A DNA stretch of 64,000 bases from an uncultured Gemmatimonadales bacterium (GCA_963701965.1 OY969695.1:1024001-1088000); one strand, 5' to 3'. Counted from the first letter of the stretch, positions 30,987 to 39,972 are shown. Translations and numbers: made by a program. Notes: generated from the letters alone by a model not told the origin.

Positions 30987-31246
30987 CACCCAACGATTTT
31001 CACGCCCTCACCGCGGTGCTCGTTTTCGCGTGCCTCACGACCATGGTGTTGGGCTCGCTGTATCTCTGGACCCGCCGCCCGCGGCACAGTGCGGCGCAGG
31101 ACGACGCAGTCGTGCAGCGACTGGCCCGCGTCGAGGTGGCGTTGGATGATGTGACCGCCGAGCTGGCCCGCATGACCGAGGCCCAGCGTTTTCTCACGCA
31201 GGCGCTCGCCGATCGCGCGCTGCCCGTCCAGGCCCATCATGGATAA
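30983..31246 (+). CDS. TM-coiled-coil microprotein, paralog 3 of 4
   Basis: TM then VVQRLARVEVALDDVTAELARMTEAQRFLTQALADR; ATGA overlap; GGAG RBS. Confidence 0.88.
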   Translation: MTPNDFHALTAVLVFACLTTMVLGSLYLWTRRPRHSAAQDDAVVQRLARVEVALDDVTAELARMTEAQRFLTQALADRALPVQAHHG

Positions 31247-31505
31247 CAACGAAACGGTTATGGTGATCATGACGATGGCCATCCTCGCCGCCACGATCTT
31301 GAGCGTGACGCGGATGATCATCAAGCGCCCGCGCGGGAACCCGACAGCGCTCGATGCCCTGGAAAAGCGGATGGCCCGTGTCGAGGTGGCGCTCGACGAC
31401 ATGACGGCGGAGATGGGCCGCATGACGGAGTCGACGCAGTTTCTGACCAAGGTGCTCGGCGACCGCCAGGCTATTCCCGTGGGTCGCGCGTTGCCGAACG
31501 GTTAG
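31239..31505 (+). CDS. TM-coiled-coil microprotein, paralog 4 of 4
   Basis: TM then LEKRMARVEVALDDMTAEMGRMTESTQFLTKVLGDR. Confidence 0.88.
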   Translation: MDNNETVMVIMTMAILAATILSVTRMIIKRPRGNPTALDALEKRMARVEVALDDMTAEMGRMTESTQFLTKVLGDRQAIPVGRALPNG

Positions 31506-34090
31506 GGCAGGATCTCGACGTACCCGTCCGTTCCATTCACGCGGATCCGCTGCCCATTGTGGATCAGCCGGGTGGCATGCTCCACCCCCACGACGGCCGC
31601 CAACCCGTACTCCCGCGCGATCACCGCGCCGTGGGTCATGAGCCCCCCCACCTCCGTCACCAGCCCCTTGATCGCGACGAACAGGGGCGTCCAACTGGGG
31701 TCGGTGTAGGCGGTGACCAGAATGTCCCCAGTCTCGAGATCGGCCTCCGCCATGTCCAGGATGACGCGGGCCCGCCCCTCGATGATCCCGGAGGAAACCG
31801 CTAAGCCGACCAGCGCGCCGGCCGGGAAATCCTCGCGCCGGTAGGCCCCGGCGATGGCCTCGCCATCCGACGTGAGCACCCGGGGCGGCGTGAGCGCGTG
31901 ATACGACCGGAACGCGTCCTTGCGCTGCCGGATGAGATGGTCATCCACGCGGTTCGTGCGCACGACGTCGTGGAGCTCCTGGAACCTGAGGTAGAAGATG
32001 TCCTCCTTCTCACGAAGCACGTGGGCGTGCACGAGGCGCTCGGCTTCTTCCATCAATGCTTGCTTGTAAACGAAGTAGCGGCTGACCATTCCGTACTTCG
32101 GATACTCCCGATACCCTGCGAACGTCCGCACCCGGTCGATCATCCGCTTCGTCTCCGCGGCTTTCTCCTCGCCGTCCGGCAACGCCCGCACGCACGCCAG
32201 TACGTCGTGTTCCTTCTTCGACGCCTCCTGCAATCCTTGCTCGAACCGACGCTTGGCCTCGCCCGGCGCGAAGTTCTTGACATTGCCGAGGAGCATGGGC
32301 AGGAGCGTCGTTGGACGTTCGCTCCAGCGCGGTCTGGTGATGTCGATCTCGCCGGCGCCGCGCATGCCGTACGTGTCGAGCCAGACCCGGATGGCGTCGC
32401 GGGCTTCCCGCCCGCCCGCGACGTTGGGCAGCTCGTTGAGAAAACCCTCATCTTTGACATGCTGCAGAAAGGCGATCACGTCGGGATGCGGGCGGACCAC
32501 GTCCGCGACGTCCATGAGCGCCAGGCCCATTTCGGACGTGACGTTGTTGGGGACGGATTGCGTGAGCGTGTCGGCCGCGTTCTTCTCGCCAAGCCACGCC
32601 TGCAGCTTGTCGCTGAGCCACCACATGGCCTCCATCCCCGCCATGATCACCTGCATGCTTCGCGGATCGAATTCGATCCGTTTCAGCTCGTGCGCCAGGA
32701 TGAAGTCGAGGAGGGCCGATCCGGACTTTTTTCTGATGTCGTGCTTCAGCGTTGCGATGGAAGCCTGGCTGCGCGCGATCAGGTCGTTGACGATGGCCGG
32801 ATCGGTCTCGATCGCGGTGTGTCCCCCACCGGGCGGTGCCCATGCCGGTGCGGCGTCCGGGAGCGAGCGGATGAAGTCGCCGCGCTCGAGGATGGTCTCG
32901 AGCGCATCCCTGATCAGCGGATCGGATTTCCCCAGGACATCGAGGAGGCCTGCGCGGCTCGCTGGCGAAGCCAGGCCCTGGGTGACGTCGACGAACAGCC
33001 TTCCGCCCGCCTCACTCATTGGGCGCGGCGTCGTCAGCTGCCACACCGAGAGACCCAGCGGCGTCATTGGGTCGGTCATCATTTGCTGATGGCCGACCGA
33101 GACGTACACATGGTTCTTGTCGTCGCCCGCCGCCGGGATAGGAAACAGCGTGGTGATCGGCCGGCTCTGGACGATCTGGAAGTCATCGTCGACCAGGCAC
33201 CACTCGATGTCCTGCGAGCGACCGAAGTGGGCTTCGATGCGCCGGCCTAGCTGCGCGAGCTGCACGACCTGCGCATCCGTGAGTGCGGACTGCGCGCGCC
33301 GCGCCGGCTCGATCGCGCGCTTCTGCGTCCCGCCGGCCGGCGAGGCGTAGATGGCCAGCGCCTTGTCGGCGATCGCCTTCGCGACGACCGCGTCATCCCG
33401 CACGTGGTAGACGTCGGCGTTCACCAGGCCCGAGACGAGGGCCTCGCCGAGGCCGAAGCTGGCCTCTATGACGGTGACTTTCCGGTTGCCCGTGACGGGG
33501 TCGGCCGTGAAGAGAATACCGGCGGCCTGCGGGAAGACCATTCGCTCTATCACGACGGCCATCTGAACCTTGCGGTGGTCCACGCCGTTCCGCAGGCGGT
33601 ACGTCACGGCCCGCTCGGTGAAGAGCGAGGCCCAGCACCGGCTGACGTGCTGCAGGATGGCCGGCGGCCCGACGACGTTCAGGTAGGAGTCCTGCTGGCC
33701 GGCAAAGGACGCCGTCGGCAAGTCCTCCGCGGTCGCGCTGGATCGGACGGCGTAGGCGGATTGCTCGCCGAGCTGGGCGAGCGGGCGGGTAATCGCCGCG
33801 GCCAGATCCTCGGGGATGGCGACCCGTTCGAGGATCTCGCGGATCTCCGCGCTGCGCGCGCGGATTGCCCCCCGGTCGCCGGCGTTCAGGCGCGACAGCT
33901 GATCGAGCCGCCCGTCGATGGACGGCGCTGCCGCCAATATCCGTTGGAAGGCGTCCGTCGTGACGCAAAAACCAGCGGGCACGGGGACGCCGGCGATGCG
34001 CGAAAGCTCCCCCAGGTGCGCGCCTTTGCCGCCAACTACGGCCACCTGCGTCTGGTCGATCTCGTGGAAGGACAACACATAACGGCTCAT
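31502..34090 (-). CDS. rph: Rifamycin-inactivating phosphotransferase (PEP-utilising enzyme family)
   Basis: ATP-grasp VGGKG/AVRSSATAED/QSRPITT; central VYVSVGHQQMMTD and GYREYPKY; C-terminal swivel domain GGLMTHGAVIAREYG; about 860 aa; RAE-like motif upstream. Confidence 0.9.
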   Translation of the reverse strand: MSRYVLSFHEIDQTQVAVVGGKGAHLGELSRIAGVPVPAGFCVTTDAFQRILAAAPSIDGRLDQLSRLNAGDRGAIRARSAEIREILERVAIPEDLAAAITRPLAQLGEQSAYAVRSSATAEDLPTASFAGQQDSYLNVVGPPAILQHVSRCWASLFTERAVTYRLRNGVDHRKVQMAVVIERMVFPQAAGILFTADPVTGNRKVTVIEASFGLGEALVSGLVNADVYHVRDDAVVAKAIADKALAIYASPAGGTQKRAIEPARRAQSALTDAQVVQLAQLGRRIEAHFGRSQDIEWCLVDDDFQIVQSRPITTLFPIPAAGDDKNHVYVSVGHQQMMTDPMTPLGLSVWQLTTPRPMSEAGGRLFVDVTQGLASPASRAGLLDVLGKSDPLIRDALETILERGDFIRSLPDAAPAWAPPGGGHTAIETDPAIVNDLIARSQASIATLKHDIRKKSGSALLDFILAHELKRIEFDPRSMQVIMAGMEAMWWLSDKLQAWLGEKNAADTLTQSVPNNVTSEMGLALMDVADVVRPHPDVIAFLQHVKDEGFLNELPNVAGGREARDAIRVWLDTYGMRGAGEIDITRPRWSERPTTLLPMLLGNVKNFAPGEAKRRFEQGLQEASKKEHDVLACVRALPDGEEKAAETKRMIDRVRTFAGYREYPKYGMVSRYFVYKQALMEEAERLVHAHVLREKEDIFYLRFQELHDVVRTNRVDDHLIRQRKDAFRSYHALTPPRVLTSDGEAIAGAYRREDFPAGALVGLAVSSGIIEGRARVILDMAEADLETGDILVTAYTDPSWTPLFVAIKGLVTEVGGLMTHGAVIAREYGLAAVVGVEHATRLIHNGQRIRVNGTDGYVEILP

Positions 34091-34140
34091 CGGCGCTCTC
34101 CGCGTGGGTCTTTTGACCCGGCGATTCTACGGCACGCCCC

Positions 34141-34159
34141 ACGCCTTGCCGCAAGTCCC
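34141..34159. promoter_or_regulatory. Rifamycin-associated element (RAE)-like palindrome
   Basis: Minus strand GGGACTTGCGGCAAGGCGT with core CTTGC-N-GCAAG, 50 bp upstream of the rph start. Confidence 0.8.
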
Positions 34160-34222
34160 CAGGGCTGTTATATGTTGGGAGTGGCGAGGGGAAACTCTCG
34201 CCATTTCCATTTGACCATTATT

Positions 34223-34242
34223 CGATAATTAGCTAACTATCG
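34223..34242. promoter_or_regulatory. Probable ArsR/SdpR autorepressor operator
   Basis: Inverted repeat CGATAaTTAG-CTAAcTATCG between TTGACC (34211) and the ATG. Confidence 0.7.
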
Positions 34243-34245
34243 GCC

Positions 34246-34551
34246 ATGGGAAACGTGTTCAAGGCGCTCTCCGACCCCACTCGGCGCCACGTCCTGCGGC
34301 TCCTCAAGGCGCGCCCCATGACCGCCGGCGAGCTGGCCGACCATTTCGACGTTTCCAAGCCGACGATGTCGGCGCATTTCGCTGTACTGATCGGCGCCGA
34401 TTTGATTCAGGCGGAAAAGCACGGCCGCTCGATCACGTATCGTCTCAAGATGTCCGTGCTGGAGGAGGCGCTCCTCGGCTTTTCGGCGGCGTTTGGCCTC
34501 CAGCTCGCCCCCACCGACCACGCCGCGCCACCCGAGGTCAAACCGCTATGA
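34246..34551 (+). CDS. ArsR-family (SdpR-like) repressor
   Basis: VFKALSDPTRR, MTAGELADHF..SKPTMSAHF, YRLKMSVLEE. Confidence 0.92.
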   Translation: MGNVFKALSDPTRRHVLRLLKARPMTAGELADHFDVSKPTMSAHFAVLIGADLIQAEKHGRSITYRLKMSVLEEALLGFSAAFGLQLAPTDHAAPPEVKPL

Positions 34552-34958
34552 CGACGCATCCTTCCCCGGTCTCACGCCACGGGATCACCCAGGGCCTCAC
34601 GATCGCAAGCCTCCTCATCGCCGCTTCGTTCGCATTGAAGTTCGCGTCGCCGGCGTACCTCAGTCCCGAGCTCGGGCGCCGGTTATTCGGCATCCTGATG
34701 GGCTTGATCCTCGTGTTCTTCGCGAACGCGGTGCCCAAGGTGCTGACGCCACTCATGTCGACGCGCTGCGATCCGGCGACCGAGCAAGCCATCCGCCGCT
34801 TCACGGGTTGGACGTTCATGATCGGCGGCGTGGCGTACATCGCGGCGTGGGCATTCGCCCCGTCAGCGAACGTCGACCTCCTCGCCGGTGGCCTGCTCAC
34901 CGCGACCCTGCTCGTTGTCGTCGCGCGCTGTGTGTGGGGGCTGCGCGCGCGGAGGTAA
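34548..34958 (+). CDS. Four-TM membrane protein (SdpI-like partner, tentative)
   Basis: Four hydrophobic segments, NAVPK motif, ATGA overlap with the repressor. Confidence 0.75.
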   Translation: MTTHPSPVSRHGITQGLTIASLLIAASFALKFASPAYLSPELGRRLFGILMGLILVFFANAVPKVLTPLMSTRCDPATEQAIRRFTGWTFMIGGVAYIAAWAFAPSANVDLLAGGLLTATLLVVVARCVWGLRARR

Positions 34959-35083
34959 GTGACGTGGACTGACCCTGCCATACGAGGGCCAGCGACTGCC
35001 GTACTGGCACAAGCGGGCGATCTCCACTCGACGGCGCTCGTACGTCCGTAGCGCGCACCGGTAGATAGTCGTCTTCCCTCGGC

Positions 35084-37306
35084 ATGAGAGGGACCTACGC
35101 AGCGCCGCTCGTCGCGCTCTCGATACTGATCGCGATCAGCGCCTCGTACACCGCGCTGACGCTCGCAGCCCGCGTCGCCGCGGCGCGCGGCCGGGCCCGG
35201 CTGGCGTGGTTGCTCGGCGGCAGCATCGCCATGGGCAGCGGCATCTGGAGCATGCATTTCGTCGCCATGCTCGCGTTCCACCTGCCGGTCGCGATCGCCT
35301 ACGACGTGCCGCTGGTCGCGTTCTCCTGGCTCGCCCCGGTCGCGGGCTCCGTGCTCGCGCTGTTCGTCGCCAGCCGCACACGGGTCAGCCACACGCGACT
35401 CTGCGCCGCCGGGCTCACTATCGGCATCGCGATCGTCGCGATGCACTACACCGGCATGGCGGCCGTCCGCGTCCCCGCGCACTTGAGCTACGACCCGCTC
35501 TTAGTCGCGGCTTCGGTGCTCATCGCGATCACCGCCGCCACGGTGGCGTTGTACTTGTTCCTGTGGCTGCGCACGGCCACTGCACTCCGCCCCGCGGCGG
35601 CCGTCGTCATGGGCCTGGCGATCGCCGGCATGCACTATACGGCAATGGCGGCGGCACATTTCTCAGCGCCCAGCGCGGCCATGGAGCTCCACGACCGCTA
35701 TCTGCTCGGCGCCACGGGGCTGCTCTTGCCTGTCGTGGCCACGACCGTGGTCATTTTCGCGCTGACACTGACGGGCGCCAAGCTCACGGCGAACGAAGCG
35801 CTGCGCGAGAGCGAGGAACGCTACCGGACAGTCGTCAGCGAGATCGATGAAGTGATCTTCCGGACGGACGCGGCCGGGCGCTGGACGTTCCTCAATCCCG
35901 CCTGGACGCACATCACCGGCTTTGCGCCCGAGGCGAGCTTGGGCGCCCTGATGCTCGAGTCCCTGCATCCCGACGACCGCGGCGCGGGTGTCGCCGAGGG
36001 CCGCCGCGAGGTCCGGTGCCTCACGAAGGACAATGGGTCGCGGTGGGTCGAAATCCACGCGCAAGTGACGCGCGGGCCGAGCGATGAGCTGATCGGTATG
36101 GCCGGGGTGATTCGCGACGTCAGCGAGCGGCGGCGGGCCGAGGAAGCGTTGCGGGCGGCGCGCGAGGCGGCGGAGGCCGCGAGCCGCGCCAAGAGCGAGT
36201 TTCTCTCGCGGATGAGCCACGAGTTGCGGACGCCGCTCAACGCCATTCTCGGATTCGGCCAGCTCATGGAGCTCGAAGCGACCAGCGCGGGGCAGCGCGA
36301 AAGCGCGGACCACATTCTCAAGGCCGGTCGCCATCTGCTCGCACTGATCAACGAGGTGCTCGATATCACGGGCATCGAGTCCGGCGTCCTGCGTCTCTCG
36401 GCCGAGCCCGTCGCCATCGCCGACGTCGTGCGCGAAACGCTCGATCTCATCGGTCCGCTCGCCGCGACGCGCCAGATCGCGTTGAGCGCGGACACGCCGA
36501 ATATCGCGGGCCTGCATGTGCATGCCGATCGTCAGCGGCTCAAGCAAGTGCTGCTCAACCTGATGGCCAACGCCGTCAAGTACAACCGGGATGGCGGCAG
36601 AGTGCACATCACGAGCGAGCCCGCGCCCCATGGCCGGCTGCGAGTCGTCATCTCCGACACGGGCCCCGGTATCCCTCCGGACAAGATCGGACGGCTCTTT
36701 ACGGCGTTCGACCGGCTCGGTGCGGAGGGCACGGGGGTCGAGGGCACGGGGCTCGGACTCGCACTGTGTAAGCGGTTGAGCGAAGCCATGGGCGGCACGA
36801 TCGGCGTGACGAGCGCGGTCGGAATCGGCAGCAAGTTCTGGGTCGAGCTGCCGCTGGCCGAGAATCCAGCCGCTGCGTTGGATGATGCCGCGCTCGCCGC
36901 GATGACACCGGCGAACGGGGCAACCGATGGCCAGCGGCGCCCGCGCACGATTCTCTATGTCGAGGACAACCTGTCAAACCTCTCGCTCATTCAACGGGTC
37001 CTCGCCCACCGGCGGGATGTCCAGTTGATCCCCTCCATGCAGGGCGGCCTGGCCCTGGAGCTCGCGCGCCTGCACCGACCGGACCTCGTGCTGCTCGATC
37101 TGCACCTGCCGGATATCCCGGGAGAAGAGGTCCTCAAGCAGCTCCGCCAAGCGCCCGACTGCCGCCAGATCCCGGTCGTCGTCCTGAGCGCTGACGCGAC
37201 GCCCGGCCAGATCGACCGGCTCATGGGCGCCGGCGTGCACGCGTACGTGACCAAGCCACTGGAGATCAAACCGTTCATGGCGATCGTCAACGAGGTGCTC
37301 GCATGA
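35084..37306 (+). CDS. Hybrid histidine kinase MHYT-PAS-HisKA-HATPase-REC
   Basis: MHF/MHYT/MHYT, SHELRTPLN, NAVKYN, DTGPGI, GTGLGL, LLDLHLP. Confidence 0.95.
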   Translation: MRGTYAAPLVALSILIAISASYTALTLAARVAAARGRARLAWLLGGSIAMGSGIWSMHFVAMLAFHLPVAIAYDVPLVAFSWLAPVAGSVLALFVASRTRVSHTRLCAAGLTIGIAIVAMHYTGMAAVRVPAHLSYDPLLVAASVLIAITAATVALYLFLWLRTATALRPAAAVVMGLAIAGMHYTAMAAAHFSAPSAAMELHDRYLLGATGLLLPVVATTVVIFALTLTGAKLTANEALRESEERYRTVVSEIDEVIFRTDAAGRWTFLNPAWTHITGFAPEASLGALMLESLHPDDRGAGVAEGRREVRCLTKDNGSRWVEIHAQVTRGPSDELIGMAGVIRDVSERRRAEEALRAAREAAEAASRAKSEFLSRMSHELRTPLNAILGFGQLMELEATSAGQRESADHILKAGRHLLALINEVLDITGIESGVLRLSAEPVAIADVVRETLDLIGPLAATRQIALSADTPNIAGLHVHADRQRLKQVLLNLMANAVKYNRDGGRVHITSEPAPHGRLRVVISDTGPGIPPDKIGRLFTAFDRLGAEGTGVEGTGLGLALCKRLSEAMGGTIGVTSAVGIGSKFWVELPLAENPAAALDDAALAAMTPANGATDGQRRPRTILYVEDNLSNLSLIQRVLAHRRDVQLIPSMQGGLALELARLHRPDLVLLDLHLPDIPGEEVLKQLRQAPDCRQIPVVVLSADATPGQIDRLMGAGVHAYVTKPLEIKPFMAIVNEVLA

Positions 37307-39054
37307 CCGACGAATCGCTCATCACGGCCGCGCGCATCCTCATCGTCGACGACGAGCAGTCGAACGTGCGATTGCTCGAGCGGTTGCTGTTGACGGGAGG
37401 CTTCACGGATGTCCGCGGGACGACGGATCCCCGCCAGGCGTTGCCGCTCTTCGATGAGCTGCGCCCGGATCTCGTGCTCGTGGACCTGCACATGCCGCAC
37501 GTGGACGGATTCGCCCTCATGGCGGCGCTCAGCGAGCGGCTCGGACCGAACGAGTATGTCCCGTTCCTGGTGCTCACCGCCGATACGACCCGCGAGACGA
37601 AGGAGCGGGCCCTCTCGAACGGCGCCAAGGACTTCCTGACGAAACCCCTGGAGCGGATGGAGGTGCTCCTCCGGACGCGGAACTTGCTCGAGACGCGGTT
37701 CCTCCATGTGGCGCTCAAGAACGAGAATCGGGAGCTCGAGGCCAAGCTCGTGCATCAGGCGTTCCACGATTCGCTGACCGGTCTCGCCAACCGCGCCCTG
37801 TTTCGGGATCGCGTCGATCACGCGCTGGCGCGTGCCTCGCGCGGCGAGCAGGTCGCCGTGATGTTCCTGGATCTCGACAACTTCAAGTCGGTCAACGACA
37901 CGTTGGGTCACGTCGAAGGCGACCGACTGCTGCACGTGGTCGCGACGCGCTTGCTCCAGGCCTCGCGCGGTTGCGACACCGTCGCACGGATCGGCGGTGA
38001 CGAATTCGCCATCCTGCTCGAAGACGTGCACCATCTCGACGACGTCCTGGTGGTCGTCGCGCGCATCATGGAGTCGATGCGGCATCCGGTGGCGTTGCAT
38101 GGGCGTGAGGTGACGATGAGCACGAGCATCGGGGTCGCGCATGCCCGAAGCGCAGAGCACGTCGACGAGCTCATGCGCAATGCCGACGTCGCCATGTATC
38201 GCGCGAAGGAGGACGGCAAGGGGCGTCACGCCGTGTTCGAGCCGGGCATGTATGCGGCGTTGCTCGAGCGCCTGGAGCTGGAGGCCGATCTCCGGCACGC
38301 CGTCGATCGCGGCGAGCTGCGTGTCGTGTATCAGCCGATCGTGCAGCTCGAGACCGGAGTGGTGACGGGCGTCGAAGCGCTCGCCCGATGGCATCATCCC
38401 AAGCGGGGGATGGATTCCTCAGCCTCGTTCATCCCGATGGCCGAGGAGACGGGGCTCATCGTCCCCATCGGACGCTGGGTGTTGCGCGAGGCGTGCCGGC
38501 AGGGCCGGCGCTGGCAGCTCGCCGTTGAGAGCGCCCGCGTGCCAACCGTGGCCGTCAATGTCTCCGCTCGCCAGTTGCAGGAAGCGAGCTTCACGGCCGA
38601 TGTCGCGGCGATTCTCGCCGAGACGAAATTTCCGGCGGACCGGCTGATCCTCGAGATCACCGAGAGCGCGCTCATGTCGCACACCGGTTCCGTGCTGGAC
38701 CGGCTCAACGAGCTCAAAGCGCTGGGGCTCCGACTGGCGATCGACGACTTCGGGACTGGCTACTCCAATCTCAGCTACTTGCAGCAATTCCCGGTCGACA
38801 TCCTCAAGATCGACAAGTCGTTCGTCACGCAGCTGGCCACAAAGGATGGCCAAACCGCGCTCGCCAGCACGATCGTCGGCCTCGCGACCACCCTCAAGCT
38901 CAACACCGTGGCGGAAGGCGTCGAGCACGCCGACCAGCGCGCCCAACTCCTCGCACTCGGCTGCCGCTACGGCCAGGGCTACTTGTTCGCGAAGCCGATC
39001 GACGCGGACGCCATCGCCGCGCTGCTGCACGCTGACGCTCGCGCCTTGGCATAG
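37303..39054 (+). CDS. REC-GGDEF-EAL c-di-GMP enzyme
   Basis: IVDDE, RGCD I-site, GGDEF, EALARW, DDFGTGYS; ATGA overlap with the kinase. Confidence 0.95.
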   Translation: MTDESLITAARILIVDDEQSNVRLLERLLLTGGFTDVRGTTDPRQALPLFDELRPDLVLVDLHMPHVDGFALMAALSERLGPNEYVPFLVLTADTTRETKERALSNGAKDFLTKPLERMEVLLRTRNLLETRFLHVALKNENRELEAKLVHQAFHDSLTGLANRALFRDRVDHALARASRGEQVAVMFLDLDNFKSVNDTLGHVEGDRLLHVVATRLLQASRGCDTVARIGGDEFAILLEDVHHLDDVLVVVARIMESMRHPVALHGREVTMSTSIGVAHARSAEHVDELMRNADVAMYRAKEDGKGRHAVFEPGMYAALLERLELEADLRHAVDRGELRVVYQPIVQLETGVVTGVEALARWHHPKRGMDSSASFIPMAEETGLIVPIGRWVLREACRQGRRWQLAVESARVPTVAVNVSARQLQEASFTADVAAILAETKFPADRLILEITESALMSHTGSVLDRLNELKALGLRLAIDDFGTGYSNLSYLQQFPVDILKIDKSFVTQLATKDGQTALASTIVGLATTLKLNTVAEGVEHADQRAQLLALGCRYGQGYLFAKPIDADAIAALLHADARALA

Positions 39055-39062
39055 GGCGAACG

Positions 39063-39140
39063 TTGAGGAACCTCAAGCGAGTCAGTCGGTTACCGTGTTC
39101 CATTCCCGAATAGCTCAGTGGTGGAGCAGCGCACTGTCAA
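39063..39140 (+). pseudogene. Degenerate copy of the tRNA-Asn promoter and 5' half
   Basis: Aligns to 39794-39872 with about 13 differences in 79 nt (hand alignment); no T-arm or 3' acceptor strand. Confidence 0.85.
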
Positions 39141-39228
39141 CGCGTCAAGAACTTCCTGGTTACAGATTGCTTCCTCGCTGCGTCACTTGACTATCTCACC
39201 ATGACGTAACTGCAAACTCCGGAAACCT

Positions 39229-39657
39229 ATGCGTATCCTGGCAGGAGTCACGTTCGCGCTGATCGGTCTCATCTCGCAGGGTTGTTCCAGCAGCGATAGC
39301 CCTACCGCCGCGCAATGTCCGGCGGGACAGCACGCGCTCTCGTCGGGTTGCGCCTATGACGCGGTACAGATCGCGATAGGACCGGACGATGCGTCCGCTG
39401 GTTGTCCCACGTTTTCGCCGGGCACGGCGTCAGCCCACACAAACCAGCTGATCGAGTGGACGAACAACACATCGGCGACACTGACCGTGTACCAGTTCGA
39501 GGGATTTAACAACGGCGTTGCCCCTGTTCCCCTGACGACCGTTGGTCCCGGTCAGACATCGGGAGGAATCTTCTATTCCAGTGCCGGAAGTATCTCGGTA
39601 TTTGCGGGGGGCTGCGGAAACGTTGCCGAGGGCACTGTTGTCATCACAGTGAACTAA
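39229..39657 (+). CDS. Lipoprotein with degenerate cupredoxin-like pattern
   Basis: Lipobox-like SQGC; FSP..IEWTN..VGPGQT..AG..GTVVI spacing. Confidence 0.7.
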   Translation: MRILAGVTFALIGLISQGCSSSDSPTAAQCPAGQHALSSGCAYDAVQIAIGPDDASAGCPTFSPGTASAHTNQLIEWTNNTSATLTVYQFEGFNNGVAPVPLTTVGPGQTSGGIFYSSAGSISVFAGGCGNVAEGTVVITVN

Positions 39658-39719
39658 GGAAGCGAGCCTCGGACACGGACGAACCGCAGGCCGAGAGCGC
39701 GAGCGATGGAACTATAGAG

Positions 39720-39756
39720 AACGGCTGGCTTCGCACGGGGGAAGCCAGCCGTTTTG
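39720..39756 (+). terminator. Intrinsic terminator
   Basis: AACGGCTGGCTTC-loop-GAAGCCAGCCGTT followed by TTG. Confidence 0.8.
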
Positions 39757-39793
39757 TATGCGACACACCGTGCCGAGATGGATAGGTCAAAGC

Positions 39794-39822
39794 TTGAGGA
39801 AGTCCATGCGAGTCGGTAAGTT
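39794..39822 (+). promoter_or_regulatory. Sigma-70-type promoter of tRNA-Asn
   Basis: TTGAGG-N17-TAAGTT, 12 nt before the tRNA. Confidence 0.65.
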
Positions 39823-39834
39823 ACCGTGCTCCAT

Positions 39835-39907
39835 TCCCGAGTAGCTCAGTTGGTAGAGCAGCGGACTGTTAATCCGCGGGTCACAGGTTCGAGTCCTGTC
39901 TCGGGAG
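39835..39907 (+). tRNA. tRNA-Asn (GTT), CCA not encoded
   Basis: Acceptor TCCCGAG/CTCGGGA, D-arm AGCTCAGTTGGTAGAGC, anticodon arm GCGGA-CTGTTAA-TCCGC, T-loop GGTTCGAGTCC. Confidence 0.97.
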
Positions 39908-39941
39908 CTGTTGAGGGCGCACAATTTACGTGTTGATGTTC

Positions 39942-39972
39942 AAGGGGTTAGCCTGCGACGGCTGACCCCTTT
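39942..39972 (+). terminator. Hairpin/terminator after tRNA
   Basis: AAGGGGTTAGCC-tgcgac-GGCTGACCCCTT. Confidence 0.65.

Noticed and set aside
30430..31505. CRISPR or DNA repeat array
   Set aside because: The repeats are protein-level paralogy with synonymous divergence; no repeat-spacer structure and no cas genes
34130..34144. Sigma-54 site CGGCACG..ACGC near rph
   Set aside because: The -12 element lacks TTGC; the RAE explains the region better
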